This document shows, piece by piece, positions 20,216 through 31,743 of a stretch of DNA of 64,000 nt (positions are counted from its first letter, which is position 1; every line of letters begins with the position of its first letter). The stretch covers positions 107,984 through 171,983 of the forward strand of contig CBDBFU010000026.1 of the NCBI GenBank assembly GCA_965205025.1. Reading direction: 5' to 3'. A model generated the notes under the pieces. The model made no database searches. It was not told the origin of the DNA and saw only the letters and a list, made by a program, of their open reading frames with translations. This stretch comes from Candidatus Poribacteria bacterium. GTDB taxonomy: Bacteria > Poribacteria > WGA-4E > WGA-3G. A program made the translations under genes and the position numbers.

Positions 20216-20794
20216 AGCATTGAGAATCTGATTAAGTAATTTCTCTCTTGGCATAGCACCTTCTATTGTTTCAACTATCTTTCCTTTGTAGAATAGAATA
20301 TAGGTTGGTGTTCCACGAATATGGTATTCAGCAGTCTTGAGAGGATTTTCATTTATCTCTAATTTTCCTACATGGAATACATCACGATATTCTAAGGCAA
20401 TTCTTGCAATCGTAGGTCTCATCAGAAAGCAATAGAAACAATATTTTGATTCAAAATCTACTAAGATTGGCAGATTTACATTCTGTAGCACATTGTCGAA
20501 TGTTGCATCGGTTAATTTCAGTGGGAATCCGCTATACTTACCAAAATTTCCTGCTATTAGTGTTAAGTCAAGAATGTTAACACTACCATCTTGATTCACA
20601 TCAGGATTAGGGAATTGATCTGCTGATATATCCTCACCAAATTGTGAAGCTACAAACACTAAATCAAGGATATTGACAATTCCATCCGCATTAACATCGG
20701 AATCAAGAAGAGGATCTCTGATCTCTTCGGCATGGTTTAATGTAATGGTTAAGGTTATAAGTAGTATGTAAATAGACTTCTTAATTAACATCAT
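20162..20794 (-). CDS. Secreted dockerin type I + thioredoxin fusion
   Basis: Two DVNxDGxVNILDL repeats; ILVDFESKYCFYC; IRGTPTYILF. Confidence 0.8.
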   Translation of the reverse strand: MMLIKKSIYILLITLTITLNHAEEIRDPLLDSDVNADGIVNILDLVFVASQFGEDISADQFPNPDVNQDGSVNILDLTLIAGNFGKYSGFPLKLTDATFDNVLQNVNLPILVDFESKYCFYCFLMRPTIARIALEYRDVFHVGKLEINENPLKTAEYHIRGTPTYILFYKGKIVETIEGAMPREKLLNQILNALTTVVNEPLEQEQANSE

Positions 20795-22160
20795 TTATAC
20801 GAGTAATAGATATGGGTTCTGTATATATTGAGATATAGTTTGTAGGAACTGTGCGGCAGGTGCTCCGTCAACAATACGATGGTCGAATGTTAAACTAAGT
20901 GCCATCATACTCCGAATGACAATTTCCTCACCCTGGACAATCGGTTTCTTGACAATCCGTCCAACACCAAGAATTCCACATTCAGGAGGATTGATAATGG
21001 GAGTAAACGCATCAATACCAAAATTACCAAGATTTGTTATGGTAAAAGTACCACCTTGAAGTTCTCCCGGGTGTAAGTTGATTATTTCGTGCTTTCTCTG
21101 CCGCAGTCCTGATTTGTTCTGAGATCGTAGCCAAACCTATATTATCCACATTCCGGATTACTGGTACCACGAGTCCATCCTCTAATGCAACTGCAACTCC
21201 GATATTTATATCCTTTAACAGCTCGATTTTGTCATCTGTTAATGTCGCATTGAGTCGTGGATGTTTCTGTAACCCACTTGCAGTTATCTTAACAATTAAG
21301 TCAGTGTAGGTAAGTTTAACATCCTGTTCCTGTAAACTTTCGTTGAATTGTTCCCGTAATTCAACAAGTGTTGTAGCATCAACCTCAGTATGTAGTGTGA
21401 CACTTGCATTCGTTTGAACGCTCATTGTCATCCGTTCTGCGATTATCTTACGGATACCACTAAACTCAATAGACTCTAATGGAGTAGGTTCCGTATGAAA
21501 TACTTGTGCTGGTATTTCAGTTGTTGCTTGTAGCACATCATCTCTAACAATCCTGCCATCCGGCCCTGATCCATCAATAGATGTTAGATCCAATCCAAAT
21601 TCTTTTGCCAATCGCCGTGCAAGAGGAGTAGCTTTTAAGCGTGTCGTTTCAGTAAGTATAGGTCCTCTTGTCTCAATATATCGGTGTATATCACTCTCAA
21701 GTATTCTACCACCTGGTCCCGAAGCCTTTATTTGTGATAAATCTATGCCGAGTTTCTCCGCTAACTGTTTAGCTGCTGGAGAGGCTTTGAAATTATTCGC
21801 CGCTTGCGTAGAATCTTGAGGTATGGTTTTCTGTGTTGTGGGTTCTGATATAGACTCCTCAGGTTCATCTATCTGCTCTTGATCCAGTATAGTGTCAACT
21901 TCAACTCGTTCTACCTCTTCTCCAGGGGCCGCAATAATCGCTAATAACGCATTAACTGGAACATCATTACCCTCTTCTGCGAATAATTGTGCAATGACAC
22001 CATCACAAGGGGATTCCTGTTCATGTACAACTTTATCTGTTTCGATTTCCAGTATAGGTTGTCCTTCGGTTATGGCATCGCCTTCCTTAACAAGCCATTT
22101 CCCGATCTTACCCTTTGTCATTGTCTGATCCATCTGGAGCATTCTTAGTTCAACAGCCAT
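20795..22160 (-). CDS. pdhC: Dihydrolipoamide acyltransferase E2 (PdhC/AcoC-like); apparent frameshift at 21066-21071
   Basis: Lipoyl motif EIETDKV; two peripheral-subunit-binding domains; the other frame continues GELQGGTFTITNLG...TFDHRIVDGA to TAA at 20795. Confidence 0.85.
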
Positions 22161-22237
22161 CAAATATCTCCTATCTTCAACGAATTCTTTGGACTGTAGT
22201 ATAGTGTCTTATACTATGGGGTTTATAGTAAAATTTA

Positions 22238-22543
22238 TCAATCTGTAGATTGTTCAATAAGCTCAATGAGTAATTCTACGTTTTCATCTTTCTCAAGAAT
22301 GAGTGCGACTTTCTGATATTGTTCTCCCTTGAAAAACGCTTGTATAAAAGGACTAAAAGCGATCAACAATTGAGATCCCAAAAAGTTCAGAGGCTTCCCT
22401 GTTTCTAAAAACAGAATTGCAGGTGTAGTCAGATTCTTGCTCACAACCCATTGTGCCAATTTTTCAAGTAAGGCACGCTGTTCATCTTCAGGAATATCGT
22501 CAATAACTGTAGGTATGTCTGAATTTTGATTATACATGTCCAA
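22238..22543 (-). CDS. Conserved hypothetical protein
   Basis: LTTPAILFLETGKPLNFLGSQ, co-oriented with neighbours. Confidence 0.7.
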   Translation of the reverse strand: MDMYNQNSDIPTVIDDIPEDEQRALLEKLAQWVVSKNLTTPAILFLETGKPLNFLGSQLLIAFSPFIQAFFKGEQYQKVALILEKDENVELLIELIEQSTD

Positions 22544-22686
22544 TTAGCCAAGTTATCAATTGTTTTTTACCATAATTCTTTAGAGAATTTGAATTAAGTT
22601 AGCAGGATATCGGTTCTCAAATAATCATATCTATAAGAATATAACTATTTAGTAAGCAGGGAAACAAACTTCAATAATTGTTGAGA

Positions 22687-23726
22687 TCAAAGATCTAAAT
22701 CACTTAGGTATTCAGCAATATGTTTTGGTTGTCCGTCAACTGTAGTTTCCATTGCAGCAATTACAAGAACAAAACTCTTGATGTTATCTTCTATTCGCGT
22801 ATCAGACGGTTTTCCACCTTCTAACCAGTTAAGAAACTCATCAAAAAGATGCTGGTGAGCATAGTATGGAATCCCAGGAGCTTCATATACCTCTTTTTCA
22901 CCACCTACACGATGAATCGTTATCTGGTTTCCTCCCGCAATTTCGACAGTTCCTTCTTCAAATTCAACACGGTAGTGTTCACCATTCCAACAATTGGTTA
23001 TACCTGCGGCAGTACTATTACCTTCATAAGATGCATGTACACCATTATCCATACGCATCAAATAATAACCACTTGAGAAATGTTTAAAACTTGACCATTC
23101 AGGATTCCATCCAAAGCCTACAAAGTTTCACAATTTCCACCTGAGAGAAACCTAAGCATATCAAGATGATGTACCGACGCCTCAAATAAAAGGCTAAAAT
23201 CCATATCATGCCGCCAATCAACACCCCAAGATAGATAACGTCGATAATCACAGGCATATCTACCAACAATGTGTTGAATTCGTCCCAATTTACCTTCTTC
23301 ACGGATACGGACTAATTCCTGCTTATTGTTTGCATATCGATAGTTTTGGATAATAGCACATGGTAATCCTGTCTTCTGAGATGTACGAACCATTGCTTTT
23401 GCTGCATCTAAGGTATCTGCAATCGGTTTTTCACAGATTACAGGCATGCCATTTTCCATGGCTGCAATTGCAGCAGGACTGTGAAATGGAGGAGGTGTTG
23501 CAACCCCACAGAAATCTGCTTTGACTGAAGCACATGCTTCGTTAAAATCCGTGAAGAGTTGAGAGGAATTTAGACCTAATGCTTCACCTTGTGATTTTAG
23601 AACATTCTCCTTAACATCTGCTAAACCAACGATATCTATCCGGTCACCGAAGTTTGATCTGAAGTTATTTATCCAACCCCCAGCCATTCCACTTCCACCA
23701 ATCATTAGACATGTGTGTTTTGCCAT
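22687..23726 (-). CDS. Gfo/Idh/MocA oxidoreductase; apparent 1-base deletion near 23121
   Basis: GGSGMA, CEKPIA, QNYRY, SVHHLDMLR; joins via (V)GFGWNPEWSSF to the 22687..23061 frame. Confidence 0.85.
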
Positions 23727-23774
23727 AAAAACTCCTTTAAATAGAATCAGGACGTCAATTTCTTTTAATCTCAA

Positions 23775-24290
23775 TTATGTTGATAGACTATCCTGCATTA
23801 TTTTACTTCGTACTACGTAGTCATCTTTACCATGTCGTACACGTTCCAGTTCTTCTTCTGTAACCTCTCGTCGTACTTTCGCAGGAACTCCCATTGCAAT
23901 CGTACCAGCAGGTATATCTTGACCTTCTCTGACGAGCGTTCCAGCTGCAACAATAGCGTGTTCCCCAATTGTACAACCAGTTAGGAGAATCGCACCCATT
24001 CCTATTAACGCTTCATTGCCAATGCTACAACTATGGAGGATCGCACTATGTCCAATTGTAACATCATCACCTATGAGGCAAGGTATCTCTTTATCCATAT
24101 GTATCACAGTTCCATCCTGTATATTGGTCCGACAGCCAATCAGTATCGGTTCTAAATCACCACGCAAAACGGTGTTAAACCAGACACTTGAATCTTCACC
24201 AATTACAACATTTCCAATTATCATTGATCCAGGTGCGACGAATACTGTTGAGTGAATATCAGGTGTTATACCTTCATATTTTATTAACAT
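23775..24290 (-). CDS. Gamma-carbonic anhydrase family (YrdA/PaaY-like) hexapeptide-repeat protein
   Basis: SSVWFNTVLRGD, NIQDGTVIH, VTIGHSAILHSC. Confidence 0.9.
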   Translation of the reverse strand: MLIKYEGITPDIHSTVFVAPGSMIIGNVVIGEDSSVWFNTVLRGDLEPILIGCRTNIQDGTVIHMDKEIPCLIGDDVTIGHSAILHSCSIGNEALIGMGAILLTGCTIGEHAIVAAGTLVREGQDIPAGTIAMGVPAKVRREVTEEELERVRHGKDDYVVRSKIMQDSLST

Positions 24291-24329
24291 AATTTCTATT
24301 CCAATTATTTCACAAGATATTTATTATAA

Positions 24330-25963
24330 CTAATGTTGGGCAACTAATAACTTACGTATATTACCTAAACCATAAATATATGATATGACGAACACTATAA
24401 GAAGTATGAATATCATAAGAATAAATATCAAAACATTATTTGTATACCATGCTATTACAGGTATGATGACAAATGCAACATCAATTAATAGAGTGACGGA
24501 AAAAGATAATACTCTTAGAAAAGGTTTAGGTTGATTGTTTAATTCAGCATCCAAGGGAGTGTACCGATCATCGTGTTCATCACACAACCCACAGGTAAGG
24601 TAATAATAGGTGTGAGTAGTATGAATAACCGATTATGTGTTGGAATATTGAGTAGAAAAATAGCTATCAATGACCAGAATTCGGCATATATTATTGAACA
24701 GAGAAGAGCAGTAAGGAATTTACTTGTGAATATCAATTTTGGTGATATCGGAGCTGTTTTCAACATCCACCATGTCTTGATCTCATCACGTAGGCCATTA
24801 CAGCTAATCCCGAAGGTAATAAGTAAACTATACAGAACTATCTGGACTGTTAGTATCTCAGATGCATTTGATTCTGATACATTCCCTTGATACCATAAAA
24901 CAAGGATATGCACAACAAGGAATAGGGTCAACATGATTATTGCGATTAACCTACCCGTATGTCTCATATAGATTAGAAAATCCTTCAACATCATGGATTG
25001 GATTTTTCCGCGGAAGATAGCAACTACAACACCATTTAGGTTAGCAGAAGATGTCGTGTTGGTACGAGCAGCCCTGCGTTTAGATTTCAATTGACGGACA
25101 TTTTCCCATCCGCGTTTGTATATCAATTGGGCGGTTAACATAGCAATTCCGATAGAGAGAATAGTAAAACCGTACACTGCTATACCCCAACTGATACGTT
25201 CCCATGTTGATGATTCAGTATTTAAACTTACCAGTATTTGCCCTATCCATTCATGTGGAGATCTGACAGCAGTCGTTTCTCCCGTTTTTACTGCTGCCCA
25301 ATTAAGTAAATATTTCTTTATAGGTACAACCTCAGATCCTAAAAATAATGAAAATGATAGTAAGAATCCTACAGACACACTTAAAGCAGTACCAGCGATT
25401 TTTATAATAGATAGAAGTCTGGTGGAAGCAAAAAAACGAGCAATTATCATCATACTGATTGTTACATAACTCCCTATCATGATAAGCAAGGAGATGGCTA
25501 TAGGAAGGAGAGTAAGATAAAAATGCCAAGGTAATTTGTATATGACACCAAATACTACCCACGGTGGACTTAAGAAACAAAGAATACTTAAGAAACGTGT
25601 CGTCGTTATATGAACGAACTTATAGCCGAAAATAGATACTGGTTGAATTGGTGCTGCATGTAGGATAGTTGTATCAGGTGCTTCAAAGAGAATTCTCAAC
25701 GAACTTTCCATTAATTCCTTCGCAACAATAAGCACTCCAAATAATAAAAAACCATTAATCACATTCAATAGAAGTTTAGAAGGGGCATCGAAGGATCGTA
25801 GATGTGAGAAAAGAGAATAACCTAAGAATGATAAAGCAAGGACAATTATTATATAGCCAAATAACTTTAGAAGACTTTTACGCCAAGCTTGTTTGTTATA
25901 TTTAAAGTTATTCAACCATCCATTACAATCCGCCTGTATGAGGATTCTAATGTCTTTTACCAT
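24330..25963 (-). CDS. Putative ABC transporter permease; apparent 1-base deletion near 24548
   Basis: Polytopic; ILHAAPI and WWMLKTAPI motifs; last two TMs lie in the 24330..24587 frame; follows an ABC ATPase. Confidence 0.75.
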
Positions 25964-26051
25964 TTGGATACCTAATTCTAATCTAAATAATTGTGTTAAA
26001 CTAAAAATGATATGATATACAAGGATTGGGTTGAAATATGATGTATTACCA

Positions 26052-26810
26052 CTACATATCAGAGGTGAGGTCAAGAAAGATATCCTCTAATGTTTCTACG
26101 TGATGCTCGTTTGGAATTACAGATTGTGATAGCATTTCACGCTTCTGTTTTTGCAGTTCAGATAAAGTACCAACAGCAATTAACTGTCCTTTAGTGATAA
26201 TTCCTACTCGGTCACAAATACGTTCAGCAATTTCGAGGATATGTGTTGTCATAAAGACAGTACAACCTTGTTCACATCGTTGACGCATGATTTCCCTGAC
26301 AGTTCGTGCACTTCTTGGATCAAGTCCACTTGTTGGTTCATCAAGGAATAGAATTTGGGGATGATGAATCAGCACGGAAATGAGAAGGATCTTTTTCTGC
26401 ATTCCATAGGAATATCCTTTAATTTGATCATCTGCCGCATCAGCCAATTCGAGCTGTTCAAGTAAAGTACCCATTTCATTTTCTGCTTGACGTGGTGGTA
26501 CTTCATACAGATCCCCGATCATCCGTACGAATTGTCTACCCGTTAATGCCTCATAGAGTTGTGGTGTATCGGGCATTAGTCCGATTATTGCTTTTGCTTG
26601 TAAGCTTTGTTTTTGGATATCGTACCCAGCGAGGGTTGCTGTGCCAGAGGTAGGTCGGATTAATCCAGTTAGCATATTGATTGTGGTTGTTTTGCCTGCC
26701 CCATTTGGTCCAAGAAAACCAAAAATCTCACCAGAATCAATTTGGAGTTTTAGTGAATCAACAGCACATAATTTACCGAAATTCTTCGTCAAATTAAAGG
26801 TTTCAATCAT
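26052..26810 (-). CDS. ABC transporter ATP-binding protein
   Basis: GPNGAGKTT, YSYGMQKK, LFLDEPTSGLDP. Confidence 0.92.
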   Translation of the reverse strand: MIETFNLTKNFGKLCAVDSLKLQIDSGEIFGFLGPNGAGKTTTINMLTGLIRPTSGTATLAGYDIQKQSLQAKAIIGLMPDTPQLYEALTGRQFVRMIGDLYEVPPRQAENEMGTLLEQLELADAADDQIKGYSYGMQKKILLISVLIHHPQILFLDEPTSGLDPRSARTVREIMRQRCEQGCTVFMTTHILEIAERICDRVGIITKGQLIAVGTLSELQKQKREMLSQSVIPNEHHVETLEDIFLDLTSDM

Positions 26811-27454
26811 TTTGACCACTGCCAAGAATATCGCGCTTGAGTTCATCAAGTGCATCATCAATGTTTAAAACCTCTTCGTTGTCTTTCGTCTTATTGATGT
26901 ACTTCCTGTTCTTCTGTTTTAACATTTTTGCCTTTGCTTCAGTCTCTTTTAGTTCATTTTCGGCTTGTTGAAAAAGCGATTTTATGGTCTGGCAAACTAA
27001 ATTCTGATAACCTCCTATAGAACTCAACTTGTGTTTCTGCTTGTTTTTGACGTATTGATAGCTTTTTCGCTTGTTTCAATGCATTCTGATATGCTTGATA
27101 GAAATTAAAGAGATCAGATTTTAATTCAGCAACCACTCTTTCTTGCTCCCCAATTTGCCGGTCTAATTCATTAATTTTCCGTAGATATTCTTTTTTCCAT
27201 CCAGAGTTTGTGTCAACTTCATCCTGACTTATGTTCCCACCTGATATCTGACCTATTTTGAGAAGTTCTCTATATTCATACTTAAGTTTTTTCTCCTCTG
27301 CTATTGCTGTGGCAACAAGATCTATTGCTTCTGGTATCCGATTTTTCATATCAGAAAGAGTTTTATCAATCTCAGTCTCGTTATCCTCTAAATCCTCAAA
27401 GAATTGGTCAATACCTTCTCGAATTTTTTCAGATATCTGTTTAATCTTATTCAT
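26803..27454 (-). CDS. PspA/IM30-like coiled-coil protein; apparent +1 frameshift at 26971-26975
   Basis: LVATAIAEEKKL, coiled coil, C-terminal IDDALDELK in the second frame; stop overlaps the ATPase start. Confidence 0.65.
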
Positions 27455-27632
27455 AATATTCCTCCGATTTTAATATCATCACCTCGTAATTCCAAATGGT
27501 GACTTTGAACTAATAGTTCCATACGGATATAAGTGCATAAATAGTGCTTCTTCCTAATAAATAGAGACATTTTGCTTATAAAAAGATAGAGAATAATGTT
27601 GCTATCTTAATATCAAAATTAGATGTATAGAA

Positions 27633-28496
27633 CTATAACTTTTTGTAATCTGCATTTACAAGTTCAACACCAAAAATTGCTAATCTTGCCATAATGCTAT
27701 GGATTGCAGTAAGGTTACTATCAATTAAGATTGAGGAACAATTATGTTGTGCAGCCGCTTCTCCTAAGGTGCCGCTCCCTGCAAAGAAATCCAAAAGTAA
27801 ATCACCGGGTGATGAATGTATTTTCACGATTCGATTTAGAATCCCAAGAGGTTTTTGCGTAGGATAACCCGTTTTTTCTTCACCGTTTGTACTCACAATT
27901 GTATGCCACCATACATCGGTCGGGGTCTTTCCACGAGCAGCTTTCTCTTTACCTACCAACCCTGGTGCCATATAAGGTATCCTATCCATCTCATCAAAAT
28001 TGAATGTATATTGTTTTGGATTTTTGGTATACCATAGAATGTTATCATGTTTAGCTGGCCACCGAGATTTAGATCTTCCTCCGTAGTCGTAAGCCCATAT
28101 AATTTCGTTTATAAAACAGTCTCGACCAAATATCTCGTCAAGAATTATCTTACAATAATGTACTTCTCGGTAATCAATATGTAGAAAAAAACTACCTTGC
28201 GGATGCAGGACACGATATGCTTCTTCAAGGCGTGGACGTAAAAACTGTAGATATACATCCGAGTTTGCAAATTTATCTGAGTAGTGTCGGGTCTTTCCAA
28301 TGTGAGTTTTATATGTCTTACCTTGAAATCCTACTCGATCCCCTTCGTCATCTTGCTCGACTTGCATTTCAGTTCGAAATTGGTATTTTCCTGTATTAAA
28401 CGGTGGGTCAATATAAATGAGATTGATACTATCATCAGGAACATACTGCTTAAGAACAGATAGGTTATCCCCATAATAGAGATAGTGTTTAGGCAT
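27633..28496 (-). CDS. Orphan amino-DNA methyltransferase (beta class, N6-A/N4-C)
   Basis: YIDPPFNTG precedes YPTQKP and LDFFAGSGT; no adjacent endonuclease. Confidence 0.9.
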   Translation of the reverse strand: MPKHYLYYGDNLSVLKQYVPDDSINLIYIDPPFNTGKYQFRTEMQVEQDDEGDRVGFQGKTYKTHIGKTRHYSDKFANSDVYLQFLRPRLEEAYRVLHPQGSFFLHIDYREVHYCKIILDEIFGRDCFINEIIWAYDYGGRSKSRWPAKHDNILWYTKNPKQYTFNFDEMDRIPYMAPGLVGKEKAARGKTPTDVWWHTIVSTNGEEKTGYPTQKPLGILNRIVKIHSSPGDLLLDFFAGSGTLGEAAAQHNCSSILIDSNLTAIHSIMARLAIFGVELVNADYKKL

Positions 28497-28699
28497 AGGG
28501 ATTTATATTCACTTTAATATTAGTATTTGTGGATTGGTATATACTACTATTTAATGGTAAAATTGTAGCAGAATATGTACAATTTAGCAACCTGATTGTA
28601 TTGAGCATTATCAAAATACTATCGTGAAAAACACACATTCACTTCAAATTGGTATCTATTTTTATCTTACCTTCATTATGAAATGAGGTTATATTATTC

Positions 28700-28728
28700 T
28701 TGACGGTATGTAGAGTTTTATGTAAAAT
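28700..28728 (+). promoter_or_regulatory. Putative sigma-70 promoter of the ruvX-mltG-lpx cluster
   Basis: TTGACG-17 bp-TAAAAT. Confidence 0.55.
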
Positions 28729-28779
28729 TACGGTTATCTGTTAATCTGATTTTGTGCCTGAAATGCCAAAGGAGTGACA

Positions 28780-29214
28780 ATGTCTGTTTTATTAGGATTA
28801 GATGTTGGTGACGTGAGGATTGGTGTCGCCATTAGCGATATCCTTGGTAGTGGTGCTCATCCTCTTTGCACACTAACGCGAACTAATCGACAGAGAGATA
28901 TGACTGCAATAGGTGATCTCGTTTCTATCCACAATGTAGAACGGATTATCATCGGATTACCAGTTTCACTTGATGGAACTCTGGGGACACAAGCCGAAAA
29001 AGTCCAACAATTTGGCAATCGTCTTTCACAAACACTTGGCATAACTGTAGAATACTTTGACGAAAGGTTTACAACAACAGAAGCAGAAGAGATTTTAGAT
29101 AAAGTAGAAATAGATTCTAAAAACAGAAAAAATATAATTGATCAAGTTTCAGCTGTAATTATTTTAGATGAATATATGCAAGGTAATACTGCAGATAGTA
29201 TAGATGAAGAATAA
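28780..29214 (+). CDS. ruvX: YqgF/RuvX pre-16S rRNA nuclease
   Basis: LGLDVGDVRIGVAISD, IIGLP, FDERFTT, IDQVSAVIIL. Confidence 0.92.
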   Translation: MSVLLGLDVGDVRIGVAISDILGSGAHPLCTLTRTNRQRDMTAIGDLVSIHNVERIIIGLPVSLDGTLGTQAEKVQQFGNRLSQTLGITVEYFDERFTTTEAEEILDKVEIDSKNRKNIIDQVSAVIILDEYMQGNTADSIDEE

Positions 29215-29279
29215 TATGTATCAATAGTCCGCTGTTTTTGGCGATCCTACTTAGAGCAGCGTTGAATTGGGGGTCGTCC

Positions 29280-30332
29280 ATGTTTATACGGAATATATGT
29301 CGAATATTTTCTTGGAAACGATTTCGGAGGTATGTCTTATACGGATTTGGATGTTTTGCAATCGTATGTTTTAGTTGTATCCTTATAGGGGGATATTATC
29401 TATCCCCACCTTCAACTTCAGAAGATATTGTCTCAGTTACAATTGTGCCTGGGAGTAATACCACAACAATAGCTAAGCGTCTTGCCTCTGAAAATCTAAT
29501 TCGTAGTTCCTTTGTTTTCAAACTGGTAGTTCGTTATCAAGGTATTGACAAACAACTTCGGGCGGGTAAGTATCAACTAAGTCGTGATATGCGACTTACT
29601 CAGATCCTTGATGAACTTCAGAAGGGGCAAATAGAATATCAAACTTTCACGGTTCCAGAAGGTCTTACCGCTACGGCTATTGCTGAACTGTGGGAAAAAA
29701 CCGGATTAGGAACAGCAGAAGAATTTCAAAAAGCCATAGAAATACCTAATTTACTGCAGAAGTATATACCAGATAGAGTCTCTGCAGAAGGTTATTTGTT
29801 TCCGAATACCTATAAATTTACCAAGGGTGCTACGGCTGAAACAGTTGTAAGAATGATGTTATCTGAATCTGATGCTGTTTGGAATGATTCATTGGCAGAA
29901 GAGGCAAAGGCATTAGGTCTTACACGGCATCAAGTTATAACACTTGCATCTATTATTGGCAGAGAGGCAGGATCAAAATCTGAAATTCCTGTTATTTCCA
30001 GTGTGTTTCACAATAGACTTAAACATAATTGGCGACTACAAGCAGATCCTACAGTGCTTTATGCATTAGGAGATCCAAAACATCCATTGACAAGAGAAGA
30101 CTTAAAAACTGTTTCTCCATATAACACATATCTTCATAAAGGGTTACCCCCTGGACCGATTGGTAATCCTGGAAAGGCTTCAATTTTGGGGGCACTTAGA
30201 CCGGAAAAGACATCTTTTTACTATTTTGTTGCCACTGGACCAGGAAAACACCATTTTTCAAAGACACTTGAAGAACACAATAGAATGATATACCAGATTA
30301 GGCGTAACAGAAACTCATCAAGTAAACAATAA
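29280..30332 (+). CDS. mltG: Endolytic murein transglycosylase
   Basis: TVPEG, EGYLFPNTY, LASIIGRE, LQADPTVLY, SPYNTY..GLPPGPIGNPG. Confidence 0.93.
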   Translation: MFIRNICRIFSWKRFRRYVLYGFGCFAIVCFSCILIGGYYLSPPSTSEDIVSVTIVPGSNTTTIAKRLASENLIRSSFVFKLVVRYQGIDKQLRAGKYQLSRDMRLTQILDELQKGQIEYQTFTVPEGLTATAIAELWEKTGLGTAEEFQKAIEIPNLLQKYIPDRVSAEGYLFPNTYKFTKGATAETVVRMMLSESDAVWNDSLAEEAKALGLTRHQVITLASIIGREAGSKSEIPVISSVFHNRLKHNWRLQADPTVLYALGDPKHPLTREDLKTVSPYNTYLHKGLPPGPIGNPGKASILGALRPEKTSFYYFVATGPGKHHFSKTLEEHNRMIYQIRRNRNSSSKQ

Positions 30333-30394
30333 AGTATTTATATGGTGCATCAACAATGAATAAACCTACTCATGATCGGAGTTTTTAATCATAC

Positions 30395-31688
30395 ATGGGA
30401 AATGTTGAATCTCAACAAACACTTCAGTCTGAAATTACAATATCTGGAATAGGATTAATGCTTGGAGAACAAGTTGACCTAACAGTAAAAACCTGCTCCA
30501 GTTGATTATGGAATTGTCTTTCAGCGTACAGACCTTTCTGGTACACCCGAAGTGAAAGTAAGTCCAGATAATTGGGTCGATGTTATCCCCAGATGCACAA
30601 GTTTGCAACAGGGAGAAGTGACAATTAGTAGCATTGAACATATCTTGTCTGCTCTCGCAGGATATAGAATTGATAATGCTGTAGTAAAAATGAACGCACA
30701 GGAACCTCCAGCTCTTGATGGTAGTGCATTACCGTATATCGAGAAATTTCAAGAAGTTGGTTTATCACAGTTAGATTCTCCTCGTAAGTACATTGAAGTA
30801 TCTGAACCATTTGCTGTTTGTAATGATAACAAACAGCTTATTTTTATGCCGTCCGATACCTTTGAAGTCACCTTTGCTTATGACCACCCAAATGTATCAC
30901 CACAGTTTGCAACATGGGAAATGACTGATGAGAACTATATCAACGAAATTGCACCTGCACGTAGTTTCTGTTTTGAATCTGAAATTGAAGCATTACAGGC
31001 TTTAGGAATAGGTAAAGGAGCAAGTTATGACAACGTAGTGGTAGTAAAAGGGGATGCGGAAACAAGTTCGGATCTTAGGTTTTCTGATGAATTTGTTCGA
31101 CATAAGACGCTTGATCTTATAGGTGATCTTTACCTTGCCGGTTACTTGCCAAGAGCGCGGGTCATAGCAATGCGTACAGGACACACATTTCATGCTGAAT
31201 TTGTGCAAGCTTTGTCAGAGAAAGGATTTCTTGATTTTAGCAATGATGCTGACCAAATTGTTGAAGCACAGGATATTTATCGAATATTACCACACCGTCA
31301 TCCGATGTGCCTAATTGACAGAGTTATAGAATATGAAAACGGGAAGCGTGCTGTAGGAATTAAGAATCTTACCTATAATGAACCTATCTTTGAAGGACAT
31401 TTTCCAACGCAACCGGTTATGCCTGGTGTATTACAAGTAGAAGCACTGGCACAACTTGGGGCATGGTTGCTACTACACGAGATTGGAAAGGAGGATCAAC
31501 TGGGTTATTTTCGATCCATTACAAATGCAACATTTCGTAGAATGGCTATACCAGGGGATCAACTCAGATTAGAGATTGAGATCGTACAAAGACGAAGAAA
31601 TTTAGCGCGTATATCAGGGGAAGTGTATGTAGATGATGCTCTTGCTACCGAAGCAGAATTATCTATCGCACTTGCTTCAGAAGATTAG
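30395..31688 (+). CDS. lpxC: Bifunctional LpxC/FabZ; apparent +1 frameshift at the A5 run 30487-30491
   Basis: QQTLQSEITISGIG N-terminus; IEHILSAL, PALDGSA, RHKTLDLIGDL; FabZ motifs LPHR.P and GHFP..PVMPGVLQVEALAQ. Confidence 0.9.
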
Positions 31689-31743
31689 AAGCTTCAAGAT
31701 TAAATTTTAGTCGTATGAATTAATTTGAAAGCAGAGGCAACTT

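Noticed and set aside
27633-28496. Restriction-modification system
   Set aside because: No endonuclease is adjacent; the Uma2 genes are 4 kb away in a different unit
20795-31688. Programmed frameshifting or true pseudogenes in pdhC, lpxC/fabZ and neighbours
   Set aside because: No canonical slippery heptamers or other signs of decay; the window-wide single-base indel pattern points to sequencing error
30395-31688. LpxC-FabZ fusion as a novelty
   Set aside because: The bifunctional fusion is already known from other bacterial lineages
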